A DNA stretch of 64,000 nt from contig OZ024743.1 in assembly GCA_964016885.1 (NCBI GenBank), positions 174,902,001 to 174,966,000 of the forward strand. The letters run 5' to 3'. Numbering within the stretch: position 1 is the stretch's first letter; each line of letters begins with the position of its first letter. Source of the DNA: Eledone cirrhosa. Its lineage: Eukaryota. Positions 30,001-45,000 of this stretch are shown piece by piece. Made by a program: the position numbers and the translations under genes. The notes beneath the pieces were generated by a model. That model saw only the letters and a list, made by a program, of their open reading frames with translations. It had not been told where the DNA came from and ran no database searches.

Positions 30001-33000
30001 TAGGATGTAGGTAGTCTTTGATATACTGTACCTGTTATATAGGATGTAGGTAGTCTTTGATATACTGTACCTGTTATATAGGATATAGGTAGTCTTTGAT
30101 GTACTGTACCTGTTATATAGGATGTAGGTTGTCTTTGATATACTGTACCTGTTATACAGGATGTAGGTAGTCTTTGATATACTGTACCTGTTATATAGGA
30201 TGTAGTCTTTGATATACTGTACGTGTTATATAAGATGTAGGTAGTCTTTGATATACTGTACCTGTTATATAGGATGTAGGTAGTCTTTGATATACTGTAC
30301 CTGTTATATATGATGTAGGTATTCTTTGATAGACTGTACCTGTTATATAGGATGAAGGTAGTCTTTGATATACTGTACCTGTTATATAGGATGTAGGTAG
30401 TCTTTGATATACTGTACCTGTTATATAGGATGTAGGTAGTCTTTGATGTACTGTACCCGTTATATAGGATGTAGGTTGTCTTTGATATACTGTACCTGTT
30501 ATACAGGATGTAGGTAGTCTTTGATATACTGTACCTGTTATATAGGATGTAGTCTTTGATATACTGTACCTGTTATATAAGATGTAGGTAGTCTTTGATA
30601 TACTGTACCTGTTATATAGGATGTAGGTAGTCTTTGATATACTGTACCTGTTATATATGATGTAGGTATTCTTTGATAGACTGTACCTGTTATATAAGAT
30701 GAAGGTAGTCTTTGATATACTGTACCTGTTATATATGATGTAGGTAGTCTTTGATATACTGTACTTGTTATATAGGAAGTAGTCTTTGATATACTGTACC
30801 TGTTATATAGGATGTAGGTAGTCTTTGATATAGTGTAACTGTTATATAGGATGTAGATAGTCTTTGATACACTGTACCTGTTATATGGGATGTAGTCTTT
30901 GATATAATGTACCTGTTATATAGGATGTAGGTAGTCTTTGATACACTGTACCTGTTATATAGGATGTAGGTAGTCTTTGATATACTGTACCTGTTATATA
31001 GGATGTAGGTAGTCTTTGATATACTGTACCTGTTATGTAGGATGCAGGTAGTCTTTGATATACTGTACCTGTTATATAGGATGTAGGTAGTCTTTGATAT
31101 ACTGTACCTGTTATATGGGATGTAGGTAGTCTTTGATGTACTGTACCTGTTATATAGGATGTAGGTAGTCTTTGATATACTGTACCTGTTATATAGGATG
31201 TAGGTAGTCTTTGATATACTGTACCTGTTATATAGGATGTAGGTAGTCTTTGATATACTTTACCTGTCATATAGGATGTAGGTAGTCTTTGATATACTGT
31301 ACCTGTTATATAGGATGTAGGTTGTCTTTGATATACTGTACCTGTTATATAGGATGTAGGTAGTCTTTGATATACTGTACCAGTTATATAGGATGTAGGT
31401 AGTCTTTGATATACTGTACCTGTTATATAGGATGTAGGTAGACTTTGATATACTATACCTGTTATATAGGATGTAGGTAGTCTTTGATATACTGTACCTG
31501 TTATATAGGATGTAGATAGTCTTTGATATACTGTACCTGTTATATAGCATTTAGGTAGTCTTTGATATACTGTACCTGTTACATAGGATGTAGGTAGTCT
31601 TTGATATACTGTAACTGTTATATAGGATGTAGTCTTTGATATACTGTACCTGTTATATAGGATGTAGTTAGTCTTTGATATACTGTACCTGTTATATAGG
31701 ATGTAGTCTTTGATATACTGTACCTGTTATATAGGATGTAGGTAGTCTTTGATATAGTGTAACTGTTATATAGGATGTAGATAGTCTTTGATGCACTGTA
31801 CCTGTTATATGGGATGTAGTCTTTGATATACTGTACCTGTTACATAGGATGTAGGTAGTCTTTGATATACTGTACCTGTTATATAGGATGTAGGTAGTCT
31901 TTGATATACTGTACCTGTTATATAGGATGTAGATAGTCTTTGATATACTGTACCTGTTATATAGGATGTAGTCTTTGATATACTGTACCTCTTATATAGG
32001 ATGTAGGTAGTCTTTGATATACTGTACCTGTTATATAGGATGTAGTCTTTGATATACTGTACCTCTTATATAGGATGTAGGTAGTCTTTGATATACTGTA
32101 CCTGTTATATAGTAAGTAGTCTTTGATATAGTGTACCTGTTATATAGGATGTAGGTAGTCTTTGATATACTGTACCTGTTATATAGTATGTAGGTTGTCT
32201 TTGATATACTGTACCTGTTATATAGGATGTAGGTAGTCTTTGATATACTGTACCTGTTATATAGGATGTAGGTAGTCTTTGATATACTGTACCTGTTATA
32301 TGGGATGTAGGTAGTCTTTGATATACTGTACCTGTTATATAGGATGTAGGTAGTCTTTGATATACTGTACCTGTTACATAGGATGTAGGTAGTCTTTGAT
32401 ATACTGTACCTGTTATATAGGATGTATGTTCGTTTGATATACTGTACCTGTTTAATAGGATGTAGGTAGTCTTTGATATACTGTACCTCTTATATAGGAT
32501 GTAGGTAGTCTTTTATATACTGTACCTGTTATATAGGATGTAGGTAGTCTTTGATATACTGTACCTGTTATATAGGATGTAGGTAGTCTTTGATATACTG
32601 TACCTGTTATATAGGATGTAGGTAGTCTTTGATATACTGTACCTGTTATGTAGGATGTAGGTAGTCTTTGATATACTGTACCTGTTATATAGGATGTAGG
32701 TAGTCTTTGATATACTGTACCTGTTATATAGGATGTAGGTAGTCTTTGATGTACTGTACCTGTTATATAGGATGTAGGTTGTCTTTGATATACTGTACCT
32801 GTTATACAGGATGTAGGTAGTCTTTGATATACTGTACCTGTTATATAGGATGTAGTCTTTGATATACTGTACCTGTTATATAAGATGTAGGTAGTCTTTG
32901 ATATACTGTACCTGTTATATAGGATGTAGGTAGTCTTTGATATACTGTACCTGTTATATAGGATGTATGTAGTCTTTGATATACTGTACCTGTTACATAG

Positions 33001-36000
33001 GATGTAGGTAGTCTTTGATATACTGTACCTGTTATATAGGATGTATGTTCGTTTTGATATACTGTACCTGTTATATAGGATGTAGGTAGTCTTTGATATA
33101 CTGTACTTCTTATATAGGATGTAGGTAGTCTTTGATATACTGTACCTGTTATATAGGATGTAGGTAGTCTTTGATATACTGTACCTGTTATATACGATGT
33201 CGATAGTCTTTGATATACTATACCTGTTATATAAGATGTAGGTAGTCTTTGATATACTGTACCTGTTATATAGCATGTAGGTAGTCTTTGATATACTGTA
33301 CCTGTTATATAGGATGTAGGTAGTCTTTGATATACTGTAACTGTTATATAGGATGTAGTCTTTGATATACTGTACCTGTTATATAGGATGTAGGTAGTCT
33401 TTGATATACTGTACCTGTTATATAGGATGTAGGTAGTCTTTGATATACTGTACCTGTTATATAGGATGTATGTAGTGTTTGATATACTGTACCTGTTACA
33501 TAGGATGTATGTAGTCTTTGATATACTGTACCTGTTATATATGATGTAGGTATTCTTTGATAGACTGTACCTGTTATATAGGATGAAGGTAGTCTTTGAT
33601 ATACTGTACCTGTTATATATGATGTAGGTAGTCTTTGATATACTGTACTTGTTATATAGGATGTAGTCTTTGATATACTGTACCTGTTATATAGGATGTA
33701 GGTAGTCTTTGATATAGTGTAACTGTTATATAGGATGTAGATAGTCTTTGATATACTGTACCTGTTATATAGGATGTAGGTAGTCTTTGATATACTGTAC
33801 CTGTTATGTAGGATGCAGGTAGTCTTTGATATACTGTACCTGTTATATAGGATGTAGGTAGTCTTTGTTATACTGTACCTGTTATATGGGATGTAGGTAG
33901 TCTTTGATGTACTGTACCTGTTATATAGGATGTAGGTAGTCTTTGATATACTGTACCTGTTATATAGGATGTAGGTAGTCTTTGATATACTGTACCTGTT
34001 ATATAGGATGTAGTCTTTGATATACTGTACCTGTTATATAAGATGTAGGTAGTCTTTGATATACTGTACCTGTTATATAGGATGTAGGTAGTCTTTGATA
34101 TACTGTACCTGTTATATAGGATGTAGGTAGTCTTTGATATACTGTACCTGTTATATAGGATGTAGGTAGTCTTTGATATACTGTACCTGTTATATAGGAT
34201 GTAGGTAGTCTTTGATATACTTTACCTGTCATATAGGATGTAGGTAGTCTTTGATATACTGTACCTGTTATATAGGATGTAGGTTGTCTTTGATATACTG
34301 TACCTGTTATATAGGATGTAGGTAGTCTTTGATATACTGTACCTGTTATATAGGATGTAGGTAGTCTTTGATATACTGTACCTGTTATATAGGATGTAGG
34401 TAGTCTTTGATATACTGTACCTGTTATATAGGATGTAGGTAGTCTTGGATATACTGTACCTGTTATATAGGATGTAGGTAGACTTTGATATACTATACCT
34501 GTTATATGGGATGTAGGTAGTCTTTGATATACTGTACCTGTTATATAGGATGTAGATAGTCTTTGATATACTGTACCTGTTATATAGCATGTAGGTAGTC
34601 TTTGATATACTGTACCTGTTACATAGGATGTAGGTAGTCTTTGATATACTGTAACTGTTATATAGGATGTAGTCTTTGATATACTGTACCTGTTATATAG
34701 GATGTAGGTAGTCTTTGATATACTGTACCTGTTATATAGGATGTAGTCTTTGATATACTGTACCTGTTATATAAGATGTAGGTAGTCTTTGATATAGTGT
34801 AACTGTTATATAGGATGTAGATAGTCTTTGATGCACTGTACCTGTTATATGGGATGTAGTCTTTGATATACTGTACCTGTTACATAGGATGTAGGTAGTC
34901 TTTGATATACTGTACCTGTTATATAGGATGTAGGTAGTCTTTGATATACTGTAGCTGTTATATAGGCTGTAGATAGTCTTTGATATACTGTACCTGTTAT
35001 ATAGGATGTAGTCTTTGATATACTGTACCTCTTATATAGGATGTAGGTAGTCTTTGATATACTGTACCTGTTATATAGGATGTAGATAGTCTTTGATATA
35101 CTGTACCTGTTATATAGTAAGTAGTCTTTGATATAGTGTACCTGTTATATAGGATGTAGGTAGTCTTTGATATACTGTACCTGTTATATAGTATGTAGGT
35201 AGTCTTTGATATACTGTACCTGTTATATAGGATGTAGGTAGTCTTTGATATACTGTACCTGTTATATAGGATGTAGGTAGTCTTTGATATACTGTACCTG
35301 TTATATGGGATGTAGGTAGTCTTTGATATACTGTACCTGTTATATAGGATGTAGGTAGTCTTTGATATACTGTACCTGTTACATAGGATGTAGGTAGTCT
35401 TTGATATACTGTACCTGTTATATAGGATGTATGTAGTTTTGATATACTGTACCTCTTATATAGGATGTAGGTAGTCTTTGATATACTGTACCTCTTATAT
35501 AGGATGTAGGTAGTCTTTTATATACTGTACCTGTTATATAGGATGTCGGTAGTCTTTGATATACTGTACCTGTTATATGACATGTAGGAAGTCTTTGATA
35601 TACTGTACCTGTTATATGACGTGTTGGAAGTCTTTGATATACTGTACCTGTTATATAGGATGTAGGTAGTCTTTGATATACTGTACCTGTTATATAGGAT
35701 GTAGGTAGTCTTTGATATACTGTACCTGTTATATAGGATGTATGTAGTGTTTGATATACTGTACCTGTTACATAGGATGTATGTAGTCTTTGATATACTG
35801 TACCTGTTATATATGATGTAGGTATTCTTTGATAGACTGTACCTGTTATATAGGATGAAGGTAGTCTTTGATATACTGTACCTGTTATATATGATGTAGG
35901 TAGTCTTTGATATACTGTACTTGTTATATAGGATGTAGTCTTTGATATACTGTACCTGTTATATAGGATGTAGGTAGTCTTTGATATAGTGTAACTGTTA

Positions 36001-39000
36001 TATAGGATGTAGATAGTCTTTGATATACTGTACCTGTTATATAGGATGTAGGTAGTCTTTGATATACTGTACCTGTTATGTAGGATGCAGGTAGTCTTTG
36101 ATATACTGTACCTGTTATATAGGATGTAGGTAGTCTTTGTTATACTGTACCTGTTATATGGGATGTAGGTAGTCTTTGATGTACTGTACCTGTTATATAG
36201 GATGTAGGTAGTCTTTGATATACTGTACCTGTTATATAGGATGTAGGTAGTCTTTGATATACTGTACCTGTTATATAGGATGTAGTCTTTGATATACTGT
36301 ACCTGTTATATAAGATGTAGGTAGTCTTTGATATACTGTACCTGTTATATAGGATGTAGGTAGTCTTTGATATACTGTACCTGTTATATAGGATGTAGGT
36401 AGTCTTTGATATACTGTACCTGTTATATAGGATGTAGGTAGTCTTTGATATACTGTACCTGTTATATAGGATGTAGGTAGTCTTTGATATACTTTACCTG
36501 TCATATAGGATGTAGGTAGTCTTTGATATACTGTACCTGTTATATAGGATGTAGGTTGTCTTTGATATACTGTACCTGTTATATAGGATGTAGGTAGTCT
36601 TTGATATACTGTACCTGTTATATAGTATGTAGGTAGTCTTTGATATACTGTACCTGTTATATAGGATGTAGGTAGTCTTTGATATACTGTACCTGTTATA
36701 TAGGATGTAGGTAGTCTTGGATATACTGTACCTGTTATATAGGATGTAGGTAGACTTTGATATACTATACCTGTTATATGGGATGTAGGTAGTCTTTGAT
36801 ATACTGTACCTGTTATATAGGATGTAGATAGTCTTTGATATACTGTACCTGTTATATAGCATGTAGGTAGTCTTTGATATACTGTACCTGTTACATAGGA
36901 TGTAGGTAGTCTTTGATATACTGTAACTGTTATATAGGATGTAGTCTTTGATATACTGTACCTGTTATATAGGATGTAGGTAGTCTTTGATATACTGTAC
37001 CTGTTATATAGGATGTAGTCTTTGATATACTGTACCTGTTATATAAGATGTAGGTAGTCTTTGATATAGTGTAACTGTTATATAGGATGTAGATAGTCTT
37101 TGATGCACTGTACCTGTTATATGGGATGTAGTCTTTGATATACTGTACCTGTTACATAGGATGTAGGTAGTCTTTGATATACTGTACCTGTTATATAGGA
37201 TGTAGGTAGTCTTTGATATACTGTAGCTGTTATATAGGCTGTAGATAGTCTTTGATATACTGTACCTGTTATATAGGATGTAGTCTTTGATATACTGTAC
37301 CTCTTATATAGGATGTAGGTAGTCTTTGATATACTGTACCTGTTATATAGGATGTAGATAGTCTTTGATATACTGTACCTGTTATATAGTAAGTAGTCTT
37401 TGATATAGTGTACCTGTTATATAGGATGTAGGTAGTCTTTGATATACTGTACCTGTTATATAGTATGTAGGTAGTCTTTGATATACTGTACCTGTTATAT
37501 AGGATGTAGGTAGTCTTTGATATACTGTACCTGTTATATAGGATGTAGGTAGTCTTTGATATACTGTACCTGTTATATGGGATGTAGGTAGTCTTTGATA
37601 TACTGTACCTGTTATATAGGATGTAGGTAGTCTTTGATATACTGTACCTGTTACATAGGATGTAGGTAGTCTTTGATATACTGTACCTGTTATATAGGAT
37701 GTATGTAGTTTTGATATACTGTACCTCTTATATAGGATGTAGGTAGTCTTTGATATACTGTACCTCTTATATAGGATGTAGGTAGTCTTTTATATACTGT
37801 ACCTGTTATATAGGATGTCGGTAGTCTTTGATATACTGTACCTGTTATATGACATGTAGGAAGTCTTTGATATACTGTACCTGTTATATGACGTGTTGGA
37901 AGTCTTTGATATACTGTACCTGTTATATAGGATGTAGGTAGTCTTTGATATACTGTACCTGTTATATAGGATGTAGGTAGTCTTTGATATACTGTACCTG
38001 TTATATAGGATGTATGTAGTGTTTGATATACTGTACCTGTTACATAGGATGTATGTAGTCTTTGATATACTGTACCTGTTATATATGATGTAGGTATTCT
38101 TTGATAGACTGTACCTGTTATATAGGATGAAGGTAGTCTTTGATATACTGTACCTGTTATATATGATGTAGGTAGTCTTTGATATACTGTACTTGTTATA
38201 TAGGATGTAGTCTTTGATATACTGTACCTGTTATATAGGATGTAGGTAGTCTTTGATATAGTGTAACTGTTATATAGGATGTAGATAGTCTTTGATGCAC
38301 TGTACCTGTTATATGGGATGTAGTCTTTGATATACTGTACCTGTTATATAGGATGTAGGTAGTCTTTGATATACTGTACCTGTTATATAGGATGTAGGTA
38401 GTCTTTGATATACTGTACCTGTTATATAGGATGTAGGTAGTCTTTGATATACTGTACCTGTTATGTAGGATGCAGGTAGTCTTTGATATACTGTACCTGT
38501 TATATAGGATGTAGGTAGTCTTTGTTATACTGTACCTGTTATATGGGATGTAGGTAGTCTTTGATGTACTGTACCTGTTATATAGGATGTAGGTAGTCTT
38601 TGATATACTGTACCTGTTATATAGGATGTAGGTAGTCTTTGATATACTGTACCTGTTATATAGGATGTAGTCTTTGATATACTGTACCTGTTATATAAGA
38701 TGTATGTAGTCTTTGATATACTGTACCTGTTATATAGGATGTAGGTAGTCTTTGATATACTGTACCTGTTATATAGGATGTAGGTAGTCTTTGATATACT
38801 GTACCTGTTATATAGGATGTAGGTAGTCTTTGATATACTGTACCTGTTATATAGGATGTAGGTAGTCTTTGATATACTTTACCTGTCATATAGGATGTAG
38901 GTAGTCTTTGATATACTGTACCTGTTATATAGGATGTAGGTTGTCTTTGATATACTGTACCTGTTATATAGGATGTAGGTAGTCTTTGATATACTGTACC

Positions 39001-42000
39001 TGTTATATAGGATGTAGGTAGTCTTGGATATACTGTACCTGTTATATAGGATGTAGGTAGACTTTGATATACTATACCTGTTATATAGGATGTAGGTAGT
39101 CTTTGATATACTGTACCTGTTATATAGGATGTAGATAGTCTTTGATATACTGTACCTGTTATATAGCATGTAGGTAGTCTTTGATATACTGTACCTGTTA
39201 CATAGGATGTAGGTAGTCTTTGATATACTGTAACTGTTATATAGGATGTAGTCTTAGATATACTGTACCTGTTATATAGGATGTAGGTAGTCTTTGATAT
39301 ACTGTACCTGTTATATAGGATGTAGTCTTTGATATACTGTACCTGTTATATAAGATGTAGGTAGTCTTTGATATAGTGTAACTGTTATATAGGATGTAGA
39401 TAGTCTTTGATGCACTGTACCTGTTATATGGGATGTAGTCTTTGATATACTGTACCTGTTACATAGGATGTAGGTAGTCTTTGATATACTGTACCTGTTA
39501 TATAGGATGTAGGTAGTCTTTGATATACTGTAGCTGTTATATAGGCTGTAGATAGTCTTTGATATACTGTACCTGTTATATAGGATGTAGTCTTTGATAT
39601 ACTGTACCTCTTATATAGGATGTAGGTAGTCTTTGATATACTGTACCTGTTATATAGGATGTAGATAGTCTTTGATATACTGTACCTGTTATATGGTAAG
39701 TAGTCTTTGATATAGTGTACCTGTTATATAGGATGTAGGTAGTCTTTGATATACTGTACCTGTTATATAGTATGTAGGTAGTCTTTGATATACTGTACCT
39801 GTTATATAGGATGTAGGTAGTCTTTGATATACTGTACCTGTTATATAGGATGTAGGTAGTCTTTGATATACTGTACCTCTTATATAGGATGTAGGTAGTC
39901 TTTTATATACTGTACCTGTTATATAGGATGTAGGTAGTCTTTGATATACTGTACCTGTTATATAGGATGTAGGTAGTCTTTGATATACTGTACCTGTTAT
40001 ATAGGATGTAGGTAGTCTTTGATATACTGTACCTGTTATGTAGGATGTAGGTAGTCTTTGATATACTGTACCTGTTATATAGGATGTAGGTAGTCTTTGA
40101 TATACTGTACCTGTTATATAGGATATAGGTAGTCTTTGATGTACTGTACCTGTTATATAGGATGTAGGTTGTCTTTGATATACTGTACCTGTTATACAGG
40201 ATGTAGGTAGTCTTTGATATACTGTACCTGTTATATAGGATGTAGTCTTTGATATACTGTACGTGTTATATAAGATGTAGGTAGTCTTTGATATACTGTA
40301 CCTGTTATATAGGATGTAGGTAGTCTTTGATATACTGTACCTGTTATATATGATGTAGGTATTCTTTGATAGACTGTACCTGTTATATAGGATGAAGGTA
40401 GTCTTTGATATACTGTACCTGTTATATAGGATGTAGGTAGTCTTTGATATACTGTACCTGTTATATAGGATGTAGGTAGTCTTTGATGTACTGTACCCGT
40501 TATATAGGATGTAGGTTGTCTTTGATATACTGTACCTGTTATACAGGATGTAGGTAGTCTTTGATATACTGTACCTGTTATATAGGATGTAGTCTTTGAT
40601 ATACTGTACCTGTTATATAAGATGTAGGTAGTCTTTGATATACTGTACCTGTTATATAGGATGTAGGTAGTCTTTGATATACTGTACCTGTTATATATGA
40701 TGTAGGTATTCTTTGATAGACTGTACCTGTTATATAAGATGAAGGTAGTCTTTGATATACTGTACCTGTTATATATGATGTAGGTAGTCTTTGATATACT
40801 GTACTTGTTATATAGGAAGTAGTCTTTGATATACTGTACCTGTTATATAGGATGTAGGTAGTCTTTGATATAGTGTAACTGTTATATAGGATGTAGATAG
40901 TCTTTGATACACTGTACCTGTTATATGGGATGTAGTCTTTGATATAATGTACCTGTTATATAGGATGTAGGTAGTCTTTGATACACTGTACCTGTTATAT
41001 AGGATGTAGGTAGTCTTTGATATACTGTACCTGTTATATAGGATGTAGGTAGTCTTTGATATACTGTACCTGTTATGTAGGATGCAGGTAGTCTTTGATA
41101 TACTGTACCTGTTATATAGGATGTAGGTAGTCTTTGATATACTGTACCTGTTATATGGGATGTAGGTAGTCTTTGATGTACTGTACCTGTTATATAGGAT
41201 GTAGGTAGTCTTTGATATACTGTACCTGTTATATAGGATGTAGGTAGTCTTTGATATACTGTACCTGTTATATAGGATGTAGGTAGTCTTGGATATACTG
41301 TACCTGTTATATAGGATGTAGGTAGACTTTGATATACTATACCTGTTATATGGGATGTAGGTAGTCTTTGATATACTGTACCTGTTATATAGGATGTAGA
41401 TAGTCTTTGATATACTGTACCTGTTATATAGCATGTAGGTAGTCTTTGATATACTGTACCTGTTACATAGGATGTAGGTAGTCTTTGATATACTGTAACT
41501 GTTATATAGGATGTAGTCTTTGATATACTGTACCTGTTATATAGGATGTAGGTAGTCTTTGATATACTGTACCTGTTATATAGGATGTAGTCTTTGATAT
41601 ACTGTACCTGTTATATAAGATGTAGGTAGTCTTTGATATAGTGTAACTGTTATATAGGATGTAGATAGTCTTTGATGCACTGTACCTGTTATATGGGATG
41701 TAGTCTTTGATATACTGTACCTGTTACATAGGATGTAGGTAGTCTTTGATATACTGTACCTGTTATATAGGATGTAGGTAGTCTTTGATATACTGTAGCT
41801 GTTATATAGGCTGTAGATAGTCTTTGATATACTGTACCTGTTATATAGGATGTAGTCTTTGATATACTGTACCTCTTATATAGGATGTAGGTAGTCTTTG
41901 ATATACTGTACCTGTTATATAGGATGTAGATAGTCTTTGATATACTGTACCTGTTATATAGTAAGTAGTCTTTGATATAGTGTACCTGTTATATAGGATG

Positions 42001-45000
42001 TAGGTAGTCTTTGATATACTGTACCTGTTATATAGTATGTAGGTAGTCTTTGATATACTGTACCTGTTATATAGGATGTAGGTAGTCTTTGATATACTGT
42101 ACCTGTTATATAGGATGTAGGTAGTCTTTGATATACTGTACCTGTTATATGGGATGTAGGTAGTCTTTGATATACTGTACCTGTTATATAGGATGTAGGT
42201 AGTCTTTGATATACTGTACCTGTTACATAGGATGTAGGTAGTCTTTGATATACTGTACCTGTTATATAGGATGTATGTAGTTTTGATATACTGTACCTCT
42301 TATATAGGATGTAGGTAGTCTTTGATATACTGTACCTCTTATATAGGATGTAGGTAGTCTTTTATATACTGTACCTGTTATATAGGATGTCGGTAGTCTT
42401 TGATATACTGTACCTGTTATATGACATGTAGGAAGTCTTTGATATACTGTACCTGTTATATGACGTGTTGGAAGTCTTTGATATACTGTACCTGTTATAT
42501 AGGATGTAGGTAGTCTTTGATATACTGTACCTGTTATATAGGATGTAGGTAGTCTTTGATATACTGTACCTGTTATATAGGATGTATGTAGTGTTTGATA
42601 TACTGTACCTGTTACATAGGATGTATGTAGTCTTTGATATACTGTACCTGTTATATATGATGTAGGTATTCTTTGATAGACTGTACCTGTTATATAGGAT
42701 GAAGGTAGTCTTTGATATACTGTACCTGTTATATATGATGTAGGTAGTCTTTGATATACTGTACTTGTTATATAGGATGTAGTCTTTGATATACTGTACC
42801 TGTTATATAGGATGTAGGTAGTCTTTGATATAGTGTAACTGTTATATAGGATGTAGATAGTCTTTGATGCACTGTACCTGTTATATGGGATGTAGTCTTT
42901 GATATACTGTACCTGTTATATAGGATGTAGGTAGTCTTTGATATACTGTACCTGTTATATAGGATGTAGGTAGTCTTTGATATACTGTACCTGTTATATA
43001 GGATGTAGGTAGTCTTTGATATACTGTACCTGTTATGTAGGATGCAGGTAGTCTTTGATATACTGTACCTGTTATATAGGATGTAGGTAGTCTTTGTTAT
43101 ACTGTACCTGTTATATGGGATGTAGGTAGTCTTTGATGTACTGTACCTGTTATATAGGATGTAGGTAGTCTTTGATATACTGTACCTGTTATATAGGATG
43201 TAGGTAGTCTTTGATATACTGTACCTGTTATATAGGATGTAGTCTTTGATATACTGTACCTGTTATATAAGATGTATGTAGTCTTTGATATACTGTACCT
43301 GTTATATAGGATGTAGGTAGTCTTTGATATACTGTACCTGTTATATAGGATGTAGGTAGTCTTTGATATACTGTACCTGTTATATAGGATGTAGGTAGTC
43401 TTTGATATACTGTACCTGTTATATAGGATGTAGGTAGTCTTTGATATACTTTACCTGTCATATAGGATGTAGGTAGTCTTTGATATACTGTACCTGTTAT
43501 ATAGGATGTAGGTTGTCTTTGATATACTGTACCTGTTATATAGGATGTAGGTAGTCTTTGATATACTGTACCTGTTATATAGGATGTAGGTAGTCTTTGA
43601 TATACTGTACCTGTTATATAGGATGTAGTCTTTGATATACTGTACCTGTTATATAAGATGTAGGTAGTCTTTGATATAGTGTAACTGTTATATAGGATGT
43701 AGATAGTCTTTGATGCACTGTACCTGTTATATGGGATGTAGTCTTTGATATACTGTACCTGTTACATAGGATGTAGGTAGTCTTTGATATACTGTACCTG
43801 TTATATAGGATGTAGGTAGTCTTTGATATACTGTAGCTGTTATATAGGCTGTAGATAGTCTTTGATATACTGTACCTGTTATATAGGATGTAGTCTTTGA
43901 TATACTGTACCTCTTATATAGGATGTAGGTAGTCTTTGATATACTGTACCTGTTATATAGGATGTAGATAGTCTTTGATATACTGTACCTGTTATATGGT
44001 AAGTAGTCTTTGATATAGTGTACCTGTTATATAGGATGTAGGTAGTCTTTGATATACTGTACCTGTTATATAGTATGTAGGTAGTCTTTGATATACTGTA
44101 CCTGTTATATAGGATGTAGGTAGTCTTTGATATACTGTACCTGTTATATAGGATGTAGGTAGTCTTTGATATACTGTACCTCTTATATAGGATGTAGGTA
44201 GTCTTTTATATACTGTACCTGTTATATAGGATGTAGGTAGTCTTTGATATACTGTACCTGTTATATAGGATGTAGGTAGTCTTTGATATACTGTACCTGT
44301 TATATAGGATGTAGGTAGTCTTTGATATACTGTACCTGTTATGTAGGATGTAGGTAGTCTTTGATATACTGTACCTGTTATATAGGATGTAGGTAGTCTT
44401 TGATATACTGTACCTGTTATATAGGATATAGGTAGTCTTTGATGTACTGTACCTGTTATATAGGATGTAGGTTGTCTTTGATATACTGTACCTGTTATAC
44501 AGGATGTAGGTAGTCTTTGATATACTGTACCTGTTATATAGGATGTAGTCTTTGATATACTGTACGTGTTATATAAGATGTAGGTAGTCTTTGATATACT
44601 GTACCTGTTATATAGGATGTAGGTAGTCTTTGATATACTGTACCTGTTATATATGATGTAGGTATTCTTTGATAGACTGTACCTGTTATATAGGATGAAG
44701 GTAGTCTTTGATATACTGTACCTGTTATATAGGATGTAGGTAGTCTTTGATATACTGTACCTGTTATATAGGATGTAGGTAGTCTTTGATGTACTGTACC
44801 CGTTATATAGGATGTAGGTTGTCTTTGATATACTGTACCTGTTATACAGGATGTAGGTAGTCTTTGATATACTGTACCTGTTATATAGGATGTAGTCTTT
44901 GATATACTGTACCTGTTATATAAGATGTAGGTAGTCTTTGATATACTGTACCTGTTATATAGGATGTAGGTAGTCTTTGATATACTGTACCTGTTATATA